Shown one piece after another: positions 41,034 through 53,718 of a DNA stretch of 64,000 nucleotides. The notes under the pieces were generated by a model. It was not told the DNA's origin and ran no database searches. It saw only the letters and a list, made by a program, of their open reading frames with translations. Source of the stretch: Octopus vulgaris (lineage: Eukaryota). The DNA is taken from positions 20,212,001-20,276,000 of the forward strand of contig OX597818.1 of the NCBI GenBank assembly GCA_951406725.2. The letters run 5' to 3'. The stretch's first letter is position 1; each line of letters starts with the position of its first letter. The position numbers and the translations under genes are program-made.

Positions 41034-41470
41034 TGTATGTATGTATGTATGTATGTATTATACATTCACTCACAAATACATGAATACGTGTATAGAAACG
41101 CTTGCATACACATGTATGTACTACGTACAATAATAGTATACTCTATACATATGTCCATCTCAATTTACATAGATAACAGTATTAATCGCATTCGTACGCA
41201 CGAGCACGTACCCCTACGCACCTAACCTACACCCACACAAGCCCAAACACAGCACACGCTCACACATGCACATATATGTGTGTGAATGAGTGTGTGTGTG
41301 TGTGTGTGTGTGTTTGTGTGTAACGATGTGTATACGTACGTGTATAGTATGAGAGAGTGGGGGAGTGCGAGAGGCAGGGCATATATACATATATATGTGC
41401 ATATATATATATATATATAAGCATATATATATATACATATATATATATATATGTATATGTATATATATAA

Positions 41471-41564
<94 letters not shown>

Positions 41565-42039
41565 CTTTGGCAGCACAAACAAGTCAAACAGAACTCAAAA
41601 CACGAGTATATATACAGCGTGAAGAGCAAAAACTGCGAAAGAAAGTGAGGACAGACTAGTTGTCTGGTTAATGTAGACTTGGGTATGAGCGAGAATAGAT
41701 AATGAAGTGACAAACAACTTATTCACATCCATAAATACATTTATGCATTTAGACATCGGATTGGATTGGTTAGCTTATGCTCAGCTCACTGCAGGATGAA
41801 GGCCTCTACTTATTTCCTCCACCAACCACAGTTCTTTGAGATCATACTGGTTTCATGATCTTACCCTGCCAGACAGGCTCAGTCTAACATGGCAGAAGGG
41901 TGCAGTTTTTATACTTGTACCCAGTAGTTAAATTGATTACATCAACCCTAGTGTTCAACTGGTACTTATTTATAGATACATAAATACACTTATATATCCA
42001 TAAAAACACCAACTCATCCATAAAAAAAAACACATTTAT

Positions 42040-42407
42040 AGGCGTAGGAGTGGCTGTGTGGTAAGTAGCTTGCTTACGCACCACATAGTTCCGGGTTCAG
42101 TCCCACTGCGTAGCACCTTGGGCAAGTGTCTTCTACTATAGCCTCGGGCCGACCAAAGCCTTGTGAGTGGATTTGGTAGACGGAAACTGAAAGAAGCACC
42201 TTGTATATATGTATATATATATGTATGTGTGTGTGTATGTTTGTGTGTCTGTGTTTACCCCCCCCCCCATCCCAACATCGCTTGACAATCGATGCTGGTA
42301 ATTTACGTCCTCATCATTTAGCGGTTCGGCAAAAGAGAACGATAGAATAAGTACTAGGCTTACAAAGACTGGCTGCAGTCAAATGACTGAAACAAGTAAA
42401 AGAGTAA
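42040..42407 (+). mobile_element. SINE family A, full length
   Basis: aggcgtaggagtggctgtgtggtaagtagc...aaatgactgaaacaagtaaaagagtaa; possible TSD atttata. Confidence 0.9.
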
Positions 42408-42496
42408 TTTATACACAGATAAATACGTTTACACATCCACAAACAAACTAAAATATCAACGAATACACTTACAGATTTACATATATAAGGTATGTG

Positions 42497-42925
42497 CCCA
42501 CGAACTAACAACACGCATACTTTGTGTGTGTTCGATTTTGTGTATATACATCGATCTACTTCTGATTCATATTTGAATTTTTTCCGTGGCATGAAACGTT
42601 GGGACATGCCAGCAGATGGTGTCTAAACCATTCAGCACATTGTCATAGTTGGCGATACGACTTGCTGCAGGATTTGTTCGGTATGCAGCATTGATAAGTC
42701 AAAACAATGACGAAACATCTATGTCTGTCGCTCTGCGAAAGGGCCTGATGCGAGTTGTCTCCCTTGACTATGACTTACTTTCAGTTGTTCTTTTAACCAG
42801 GAGCATGGAGAATATATTCTCTCATGCCTAAAATCCGCAGCCGACCCACGAACTAACAACACACATATGTGTACGTGTGTTCGATTTTGTTTACATACCT
42901 CGAGCTGCTTCTAATTCATAGTTGA
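42497..42925 (+). mobile_element. Retrozyme-like / non-autonomous Penelope-like unit (348-nt period, about 80-bp terminal direct repeat)
   Basis: cccacgaactaacaacac...ttcgattttg...attcata.ttga at 42497-42576 and 42845-42925; HHR in between; no meaningful ORF. Confidence 0.65.
42685..42731 (+). ncRNA. Type I hammerhead ribozyme, U3-A8 core variant
   Basis: gcagca TTGATAA gtca aaacaa tgac GAAA cat ct atg TC tgtcgc; stems I-III pair; GUC site with predicted cleavage after 42725. Confidence 0.65.
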
Positions 42926-42944
42926 CTACATACATACATACATC

Positions 42945-44055
42945 TTTGAATGACGCATCATATCCCTTCGGCAACACCTTTTAACCACCATGTCGAAGTG
43001 CATACCTTGACCAAATTTGGATACATGAGGCTGATAACATCATAAGACTTGGAAGGCAGCTCCTTGAGCAACACTCTTTGTCTGATAACCTAGAATACAT
43101 GCCCAAAGAAGTCTCACGGCTCTACCGCAACGTATCATCAGATGAAAGGATGAGCCTATATGAGCAGAAGATTATGCATGGATATGTTAGTAGAAAGCTC
43201 CGTGATGATAGTAACATCGATCAATCAAAGTAGTTTATCATGGATCAATAGCTGGATTACTCCCTCCCACTTTGCGTTTGCAATCCAGGAACAGGAAATA
43301 CCAACCAAGTACCTCATGGACAAAAAGGACAGAGATGCAGGAAAAGCCGTAAAATGTGACAACCGATGCAGATTTTGTGAAGTTCACACTGAAGATATCA
43401 CCCACATCATACATAAGCAGTTGTCCAAAAATTTCATCACGGTATATCTACCGATGAGACATGACGTTGTAGTTAGGAGACTATAATGAAATACGTCGGA
43501 AGGATAATCCCATGGACAAAGAAATAAGAAGTCACACCATGGTAGAAGCCATAACCACTCATAATAATAAGGAATACTGGTGGAATGTACCAGTGAAGAC
43601 CTCAATAAAATGTAGTCAATAAGACACCTGATATATCAATTTGGGATAGAGAAGAGAAACTGTGCACTATTGTGAAAATTAGCTGCCCAGCGGATGTTAA
43701 CATAAAGCTGAAGATCAGTGAAAAAGAGAGCACCTATGCTTAAACTATTGAGAAATCTACAGCTAATCTATCCAGATTACAAGTTCAGGTAATTATTGGG
43801 GCCCTGGGATATGGAACACACTGTCTGAATACCAATCTCGAGAAATTAGGCTTTCCAAAACCAGAAAGGAGAAAGCTATTTCGAAGACTACAGATCTAAT
43901 CCATTACTGGAACTGTAAAAATATGTAAAACTTTCCAGAAATGTATCATTTAGATATAAATATGCAACTAGATATGCAACTTTATGCATGAGAATACATA
44001 CATAAAACATACAAATCTGTATATACATACATACATACATACATACATACATACA

Positions 44056-44086
<31 letters not shown>

Positions 44087-44186
44087 CCTATTGTTGATGT
44101 TGAAATTCCAATGAAGGAGTTTGGATCTAGATTAGAAACCGCTTCTTTCTCTATTGGCAAGAAATCTTGAAATAAACTGAATAATG

Positions 44187-44190
<4 letters not shown>
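42945..44190 (+). mobile_element. R4/Dong-type non-LTR retrotransposon 3' fragment (CCHC knuckle, RLE, 3'UTR) in a (TACA)n/(CA)n context
   Basis: FAIQEQEIPTKY...CRFCEVHTEDITHI, YLPMRHDVV, YWWNVPVKT, PDISIWDREEKLCTIVKISCP, IIGALG; frameshifts and stops present. Confidence 0.85.
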
Positions 44191-44261
<71 letters not shown>

Positions 44262-45110
44262 AAATATAAAGTAGAGGAAAACGAAAACGCAAATCCTAGG
44301 TAGTCAATCAAATTCCCGAACGCAGAAATGAAGATATTCAATCAATGTAATTGAATCATATATATTTATGCACATCAGCATACATCATGCACGTACAGGC
44401 GTAAAGATTCTCCAAGGGTATAAAGAATAAAACCAAACACACATAAAAATATAGAAGAAATATAAAAGCATACAAAAATTCATATAAATAAGGATTACAT
44501 GTAATATGTTATGCGTGATAAATACAGGAGGCCCAATCGAATGAGAGGTTGATAAATATAGGAATAAAAACGTCAAAATGTGTGTGTATCGACGCTACGT
44601 TTTCACAGACAGACTGTTATATATACAGGCTATAGGCTCCGCTGTATGTAATGTTGTGACACAACAGATGAAAAGAGCTGCATGTTAAATGAATCGCGTA
44701 GAGTTAGACTCTATCAATTTCAGCTTAAAAAAAACTTTCCTAATTACGAACATCCCGGGATGTGTGTTTGCATGGGGAGCAAGAAGCCGAGAAGCAGTTG
44801 TAAGGGGATTATTACAGATTAACATCCAATCCAATGACAATTTCCTGCTTCAAGCCCGAAATATACTTCACACAGACAGACAGACAGACTCACCCCCCCC
44901 CCACACACACACACACACATTCTGGCAGCTATTTTGGTTCGTTTTAGCATGTACATATACAGATATTTGATATACAGAAGCCAACGGGGAAGTTTTTATG
45001 TGGTCACTGGGCCTGCAAGAAATAACAGCTAAAATTTCCCTTAAATCACGTGCTACAACGCCTCACATCATGCACTCACACGTTCGTACACAAACACCCC
45101 TTTCTCTCTC

Positions 45111-45155
<45 letters not shown>

Positions 45156-45444
45156 TATACACACATAAACACACAGAAAGATAGCGCGGAGGATGTGAGA
45201 AAGAAAGAGAGGGGGAGAGAAAAATAATGATGATGATGGTGAGTGATCCTCCGTCGGTTTCGATAGTGAGCATTCAGTTTGCTCGACCACCTGAATTGCA
45301 TACTCGTAGAAGTTTTCTTCTTAGTTTTTCTTGTGTCCCAGGTTCATAAATCCTGTTAACCGGTTTCCATGGCGTTCATGACCGAGTTCAGAGTAGTCTC
45401 CTCTGAACAAGACGCCAGTCTGTCGCAGGGCTCAATGCTAGCAA

Positions 45445-45615
45445 GTCAGATTACATCGTCCCCAGTACTTGACTGGAACTTTATTTTCTCGATCCCGAAG
45501 TGATGAGAGGTAAAGTTAATCTCTGTGGTACTTGAACTTAGAACGTAAAGATCCGGAAGAAATACTGTTTTTCATTTTGTCCGACGCACTAACGATTCTG
45601 CCAGCTCACCGCCTT
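45445..45615 (-). mobile_element. SINE family B (preceded by a V-like SINE tail fragment at about 45345-45432)
   Basis: gattacatcgtccccagtacttgactggaactttatttt...ctaacgattctgccagctcaccgcc. Confidence 0.75.
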
Positions 45616-46746
45616 TCTCGTAAAATTAAAAATTATTTCAAAGATATTTTTCACGTAATTTCCAGGTCAACTCAGGGTGACACAGTAAGTGATAAGACCG
45701 TACCTCTGTATTACAGGATCAATCTACCGTCAGGCATTTACATAACTTCCATCTACTTTATTACACTCAAAGTGTTTAGGCCGATCATAACCTATGATAA
45801 AAGAAAAAAAAAAAACATTTGCTCAAAGATAATAGAACAAATGGAAATTTTAGGAGATGCAAACTGAATTCAAAACCAGTAGAAACCTCGTTCTTCACAT
45901 TTCAATACAGTATTCTTAGAATCTGCACTTAGAATCTGCACTAGTGACACTAATGTCACTTGTCAATTTCGCCACTATCTTAGGTGATACGGCGTTCAGT
46001 TTCGATAGCTCTTTCAGTTCCTGTTTTAATGACCTAGTTCAACTTTATGACAGATATAAATTCGAGTTATATGAAGAAAAACATCCTTTCTTTTTGGTAT
46101 CCTTTAGAGAAATAAGTAACTTTTCTCTCTCTCCCTTTCCTCCTCCACCTCCTCCTCCTTCTCCCTCCCTCTCTCTGTCTCTTTCTCTCTCCCTCTCTTT
46201 TTCTGTTTTTTTTCTTCTTCTGCCACTTGCAGACTGTTAACTTGTCATCAATGGCAAACTTACACGAGGTTCACATCAACTTAATAGCAAGAGATTATCA
46301 AATATTGACTGACATTTGTATATTCTTGTAGAAATTGTGAAAAAAAAACTTCGTAACGGTTCGAAAAAAATCTAAGTTGTAGGAACTAGGGAGAACTTGC
46401 TTTGAGACTGGCCTGAATACTGCAAAGGAAAAAGCCTTCAAATGTCTCAAAAAACATACACATAAATAGATATAGTGGAAAACAGACAAAAAGAGTAAGA
46501 AAGTGATTGAAGGATTAGAAAAAAATCAGAGACAAAGAGAAATATACAAGGGAGATAAACGAGTGCGAAATAGTGGGAGTTAAAGAAAGAGAGGGCCAGG
46601 AAACGTCGGAGAGAGGGGGAGTGGGAAAAATAAAAAAGGAAGAAAGTAAGAGGGGGACTAAAAGAAAGAGTAAGAGTCGTACAAAATTTAGATACATACT
46701 TACTATAAGGTGAACACAAGTGTGTACGTACGCCGCTATATGTATA

Positions 46747-47252
46747 TCTATATATATAAAACTCTAGTTGTGTGAGTGTCTGTCCCCTTCGATTTAGATT
46801 CCTAACTCCTCCCACATTTTGCGGTGCAGTTTAACCAAATTCGGGTATCTTATAGTCGTGATTCATATCGAGCCCGTCTGACTATTAGCGCGCGTCAACG
46901 ATGAGTCTACGATTTTAAAAATAATTTAACATCATTTTTTATTCCATTTTAATGCATAAAATGCATCGTGTGTCGATGGCGGCGGAGTTGGCGTCCACGC
47001 TCACAGCTGCACCTGTTTGCTTCTCCCCCTTCCCTCCCTCGTGAAGCTGTGGGGAAGGGAGTGTAAAGAAATCAACGTCGTAATGCGTTGTGAAGGAAAC
47101 CAGCGTTCTTTTAGAACAACGACTTCATGGCTTGAAGACACCAAAACAAAAATGGCTAAGAAAGCCAGAATTTATAAGGGAAGTAACTCTCTAAAAATGC
47201 TTATATAGTTATTTCCCTTACAAACCCGAGCAACGCCGGGCGATACTGCTAG
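46747..47252 (+). mobile_element. Non-autonomous Helitron, complete
   Basis: A|TC start, cccg agcaacgc cggg hairpin, CTAG|T end, no TSD. Confidence 0.85.
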
Positions 47253-47379
47253 TATAAATCTAAAAATGGAACAAAAACAAAATAGAGGACAATAAAATAT
47301 TCGGACAGATAGACGATACAAAGGCGCACAGGAGAAGCAACAATTAGAAAGACAGGCAAAGAAAGACGGGTCATTCATA

Positions 47380-47446
47380 GCCTTCTTTCTTCAGTCAAGT
47401 ACCAGAAGTCACGACCGTGTCAGGCAGTTACACTTGAGACAGTTCG
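47380..47446 (-). ncRNA. Candidate non-circularly permuted hammerhead (strand order C-B-A)
   Basis: cgaactgTC tcaagtg taact gcct GACA cggtcg ... tacttga CTGAAGA aaga aggc; stems of 7, 5 and 4 bp; GACA instead of GAAA. Confidence 0.45.
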
Positions 47447-47491
47447 ATCTGGTTTACCCCCAAAAAGTCTAAGCTATGAGCATTAGACCCG

Positions 47492-47543
<52 letters not shown>

Positions 47544-47736
47544 CACACACATATGACCCTCCAGACAGAAGATAAACTGTTTTTACTTCAATTTTTTATA
47601 AATTTTTACTGATATTTGAAAAGATGAGATAACATTTTCTTTATATAATTTTTACAATTATTTTTATTAAATTCCCTCTTAAATTGAAATGTCTTAGACT
47701 TACTTCTGTGCTATTTCCACCTCCATCTTTTATATG

Positions 47737-47793
<57 letters not shown>

Positions 47794-48088
47794 GTGTATA
47801 TGTGTGTTTGTGTGTGTGTGTGTATATGTGTACATGTGTATATATGTGTTTGCGTGTGTGTGTATTTACGTATGTATGTATGTATGTGTGCATGTAAGTG
47901 AATAAGCCTTGTGAATGGATATTGTAGTCGGAAAATGAAAGAAGCCCGTTGTATGTATGTATGTATGTATGTATGTATGTATATCTATCCACCGAACTCT
48001 CTGTCCGTCTGTCCGTCTGTCCGTCTGTCTGCCTGTCTATCTGTGGGTGGGTGTGCGTGCGTGTGTGTATATTTCTACGTGTGATGTG

Positions 48089-48158
<70 letters not shown>

Positions 48159-48424
48159 AATGTATGTATCTATGCAAATATACCTTTGTGTTTGTGTTTG
48201 TCCCTCATAACTGCTTGACAACCGATGTTGGTTTGTTTACGTCACCGGAATTTAGCAGTTTCGCAAAAGAGAACGATAGACTAAATATCAGGTTCTAAAA
48301 AAATAGGAACTGCCGCTGACTGAAGCCCTTCAAGGCAGTGGCCCAGCATGGCCGCAGTCTAACGACCGAAATTAGTTAAAGCTGTACGATAAAATGTGTG
48401 TGCGCGCGCGCTTGGGTGTGTGTA

Positions 48425-48643
48425 GAGATGGGGCTGAAAAGCTCTTGGCTTTAAGAGTGTGTCTAAAGGCCGGCCTGGGGTCCCAACTTCGCGAGTTCTT
48501 TTACAGGGCTTAGAAAGACTGAAGGACGGCTGTAATAAGTGTGTGAATTTGAGAGGGGAAATATGCTGAATAAAATCATAAATAACTGATCCCATTGTAT
48601 TTTCTTTTACCCAATGCCTGGTACTTTTTCAGCACTCCCATCG
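48425..48643. mobile_element. Degenerate mariner-like MITE
   Basis: gatgggctgaaaagctcttggc versus the reverse complement cgatgggagtgctgaaaaagtaccaggc. Confidence 0.45.
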
Positions 48644-48644
48644 T

Positions 48645-49235
48645 ATATATGTATGCATGTATGTATGTATGATGTATGTATGTATGTATGGGTGTGTGTG
48701 TATGTGTGTGCGCGTGCGTATGTGTGTGTATGTATGTATGTATGTATGTATGTATATATGTATGTATGTACGTATGTATTTATGTATGTATGTACGTATG
48801 AAATATTTATGTATCTACGTACGTACGTATGTATGTATGTACGCATGTACGTATGTATGTTTGTATGTATGTATGTATGTATGTATGTATGTATGGATGG
48901 ATGGATGGTTGGATAGATGGATGTATGTATGCATATACGTATGCACGTACATGCGTACGTACGGATGTATGTATGTATGTATGTATGTATGTATGTATGT
49001 ATGTATGTATGTATGTATGTATGTATGTATGTATGTATGTATGTATGGATTGATGGATGGTTGGATAGATGTATGTATGTATGCATATACGTATGTACGT
49101 ACATGCGTACGTATGTATGTATGTATGTATGTATGTATGTATGTATGTATGTATGTATGTATGTATGCATGCATGCATGCATGTATGTATGTATGTATGT
49201 ATGTATATATGTATGTATGTATGTATGTATGTTAG
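48645..49235. repeat. (TATG)n array with higher-order duplication
   Basis: gatggatggttggatagatg...gcatatacgtatg.acgtacatgcgtacgta block occurs twice within (TATG)n. Confidence 0.9.
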
Positions 49236-49582
49236 TATGAATCTTTGTACGTGTGTGCATTTGAAACGTTTGAGTGTGAATTTTGGCCAATGCAAGCACT
49301 TCAATTTTGCATAAGTTGAACAAACAAAGCAGGAAAGTCGGTCAGCCAATCGCATTTTAAACCATTCATATTCTGTTCAGCGATGATGAGTGCAGTATGT
49401 TGATGTATTTATGTAAGTGTGTATGTTTGTTGCGTATATAAAAATGCATATATATATATATATATATGTATACACACGCATATTTATATACTTGTATTGA
49501 TGCATATGTATACACACACATGCATGTATATACATATATGCATATATACATATGCATATATATGTAAATATACATATATATT

Positions 49583-49620
<38 letters not shown>

Positions 49621-50051
49621 TATGTATTTATATATATATGTGTGTACATGTATACGTATATTATCTATATATATACATATACACATATATGTATGTCTAT
49701 ATATATACACACATACATGCATCCATCCACGCACACACATTGTGTGTTACACGCATAAGAACACAATATACACACTTACATATATATTGTATGTTACACA
49801 CATAAGAACATACGCACATAAGAACACCTACATATACACACACACATATACACATACACACACACACGTATATAAGATGGCAGTAATAAATGAAATCCTT
49901 AAGAGAGTTTCCTTTGAAATGATACAGAGATATGGACATGGCCGACATTGCACGATAAACGTAATCCAGTCACTCACATTGGAAACGAAAATATCTTCAA
50001 ATATATTTAGAAAATTTCTTTGTTCACAACTTGAACCACACACGCCGCCAA

Positions 50052-50100
<49 letters not shown>

Positions 50101-50539
50101 ATCATTCTCTCACTGTCTCCCGCCTGTTCTCTCACTTTCTCTTATACATAATGTGTGCTTGTGTGTTTGCGTGTGGGAGTGTATAATATTAGTGTGTGTG
50201 TGTGTAGTACGCATATATAAAATATGTGTGTGCGTGTGTGTGTGTATTACACATATATAAATATATGTACTCGTGTACATAAAGTGACACATACACGCAT
50301 ATGCACATACACACACACACACACACTTTTACAGCTGAGAATACTACAGGAGTTATTCATGGTTCTAGAACACCGTGCGAACGCTTTTCAGATTGTGATT
50401 AAAATATTCCAGAAAGTCTTTTTCTAGGTTTATTTCCATGGAAATTGTTCAAATACAAAGTACACAATCACACACACACATATGCACGCGTGTGTGTATA
50501 TGTGTTTGTGTTTGTGTATACATACATACATACATGCAT

Positions 50540-50582
<43 letters not shown>

Positions 50583-50928
50583 CAGTTGGCATCTGAACTA
50601 TATGATCTCATGTTCCTAAGATTCATATTTACATCTTTATCTGTATATTTACCTTCCCTAAGATGTTATTAATTGATTTGAGAACTTTATATTATTGGAA
50701 AACCTATATAAAATTAGCTGAAGATTACTCGGCATCTTAAATCCGCTGTAATATTTACAGCTTTTAATAAAATGTTGTAGTATGAAACAATTGTACTAAA
50801 TTACCGGATTCACTCTTGTTGCTTATTTTTTTATTATAATCACCCCGCATATTTTTATGGGTAACACCATAAACATTCTGGTGCATCTAAATTAAGTGCC
50901 ATATTCATTTGAATCTAAATTGTTGCTG

Positions 50929-50987
<59 letters not shown>

Positions 50988-51044
50988 ATATATGTATATG
51001 TGTATGTGTGTGTGTGTGTGTGTGTGTTTATGTATGTATGTTTG

Positions 51045-51119
<75 letters not shown>

Positions 51120-51189
51120 CATAAATGAGGGCAAACGAAAAAATTTCTAATGCCAAATATGCCGATAAATTGGACATATTGTCCATTAA

Positions 51190-51477
51190 CCATATAATAT
51201 TTTCACAATACGCACCATACTAATCATATCTGTCGGGCATTTGGATGAGAGTGTAATTCGGCAGGAGGACTTAAACGACATGCAAAGGTACATGAAGCCC
51301 AGTTACAACTACAGCCGGCTATTACGGTAAAGGTTTTAGTTGCCAATTCTGTACAAGACGTAGATCTTTAGCTGGGCTAAAAAGTCACATTTGATCACAG
51401 CACCAATAGATATCCTTCTGAATGAAAGAGCTAAGCTTCGTGCAATGGCCATACTCGATAACGAGGGGGCAGCCATC
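51190..51477 (+). pseudogene. RTE (BovB-like) LINE 3' end with two C-terminal zinc-finger-like motifs
   Basis: HICRAFG*ECNSAGGLKRHAKVH and FSCQFCTRRRSLAGLKSHI*SQH; tail shared with 10006-10050. Confidence 0.7.
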
Positions 51478-52286
51478 ATGTATTTATATGTATGTACGTA
51501 TACGTATAAGACTTATTGGTGGTTGTTTGAAGTTAAAATTCATGTTGCTCTATCAATTACAAAATCTATGCATTCTAAAAGGGTTCCAGTGTCAGCCAGT
51601 TTATTAAAAATCCAATAAATACACTTGGATTATGAAATCTTTATTTGGAGATTGATTCAAAATTTAACTCTTCCCTCGAGGCTGAAAGACAATTTAAGTG
51701 TTTTAAATTTAGAATTTCCTTAATACTCTAGGGCAACCAATTGGACTTGGTAACTTATATATGAAAATGTTATGCTTGTACTTTTATATCACCGAATACA
51801 TCACTGTAGAATCAAATGGATAAGGGGTTGATAGCAACATTCAAGCCTTACTACAAGGAGTTGATAGCAACATTTAAGCTTTACATTTGTGCAGGCTATT
51901 GAAGGAAATAGCATGAGGAAATGCAGTTATTTTTAGGAATATCCGGAAGAAATTTAACATAAGGCCCAAGCGTGGCTTGTGCTAACAATTTTGTTTCTCA
52001 ATTAGATGATTCTGGGTTCAGTCCCACGGCCTGATACAATATGGAAATGTCTTCTACTATAGCCCCGGTCCATCCAGAGCATTGTGAATAGATTTGAGTG
52101 ACGGAATACTTCATAAACAAAAAATTACGGAGAAATAAGCATATTACATGTTTATATGAATATATATATGTTTGTGTATTATTGTTATAATTATATAATA
52201 TAATTATAATGATACGAACTGCTGCATTAATCCTCCCTTCTAAACACATCTAATACGTATGTACCTATGGATTTGTTTGTACGGAA

Positions 52287-52368
<82 letters not shown>

Positions 52369-52372
<4 letters not shown>

Positions 52373-53077
52373 ACAAAGGGTAAAATTAATTAATTAAGAA
52401 GTAATCAATAATTTCACCAAGTAGAATTCGGCATGAAAAACGGACCATTTCATGGTAAACTTAAGTAATTCTAAATAATTAGGGTTCAGCAAAGATTTGC
52501 TCTACCACATACCGAAGCTTAGAAATAGCAGCCAAAAAACGTTAGCTATTTCTTCTACTTTAAAAAGGGACTCCCTTTGTTATTACTGATAATAGAATTT
52601 TCTCCCTGATACCAAGTTACAGATTTTTTCTGTAGTAGTTTACTTGTAGACACACGAAGGTGGACACGGGAGGGTAATTGAACCTCATTCATGTTTTGAA
52701 TTCGGCGTTACTGACGCTGAATATTATCTGTCCGATACAGTTAGGTGGAGAGATATGTTCAATTATTCCAGAACCTTCGAATTTAATATTTCAATATTTA
52801 ATTATTGATGGGGTCCTATGCTGAAGAGGAAAACGGTTGGTAAAGTATAACTTTATATTCTTCATTCTAACCTAATTCCGAAACGCGCGTCCATAGGTGA
52901 CCAGATATTGATTGATTTTCGCTACTTCTTCCTCTTTGCCTGTGTGGATTGTTTTCAAGTATTTTGGTTTTTCTGGGAGTCCCTTTTTAAAGTAGAAGAA
53001 ATAGCTAACGTTTTTTGGCTGGTATTTCTAAGCTTCGGTATGTGGTAAAGCAAATCTTTGCTGACCCTAATTATTTA

Positions 53078-53078
<1 letters not shown>
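52369..53078. mobile_element. Family P1 element: leader, 105-bp inverted arms, 400-bp spacer with hammerhead
   Basis: Arms 52471-52575 / 52975-53078; flanked by (TG)n and (TA)n. Confidence 0.8.
52815..52897 (+). ncRNA. Type I hammerhead ribozyme, intact core
   Basis: cctatg CTGAAGA ggaa..ggttgg...ctaacc..ttcc GAAA cgcgcg TC catagg; 6-bp stem I, extended stem II, palindromic stem III, GUC site with predicted cleavage after 52891. Confidence 0.85.
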
Positions 53079-53144
<66 letters not shown>

Positions 53145-53467
53145 CATGTATATGTATATGTGTATATATATATGTATTCCTCACGCATATACAGTTTCAT
53201 TCTTACATAACTAAAATAATCTTAAGATATATTGATTTTATAAATTACAATATTACTCCTCTTATAATAACTTTCTCATACCTCTGTTTATATTTTATCT
53301 AATATGAATAATAGGTGGTATTCATCAACTTTTAGACATTATATTATGTCAATTTATTTATTTACTAAAAGGACAATTATAACAATATACATACATGCAT
53401 AACATATTATGCTTTACATATATAATAATTTTATATATATATGTATATATATATGTATATATATGTG

Positions 53468-53529
<62 letters not shown>

Positions 53530-53533
<4 letters not shown>

Positions 53534-53702
53534 ATGGGCTTCTTTTAGTTTGCGTCAACGAAATCTACTCCACTCACAGTGCTTTGGTCAGGCCGAGGCT
53601 ATAATGGAAATGCTTCCCCAAGGTTACCACGCAGTAGGAATGAACCAGGGAACCATCTGGTTAGGAAGCTGTGCCCGCACCTTCTTACCACACAGCCACG
53701 CC
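53530..53702 (-). mobile_element. SINE family A 5' half
   Basis: gggcttctttt...gctttggtc.ggccgaggctata...ttaccacacagccacgcct. Confidence 0.75.
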
Positions 53703-53718
53703 TATATATATATATATA

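Noticed and set aside
44583-44610. GAAAacgtagcgTC half hammerhead on minus (similar half-sites at about 33470 and 59615)
   Set aside because: No matching CUGAnGA strand found nearby; cannot be supported as ribozymes.
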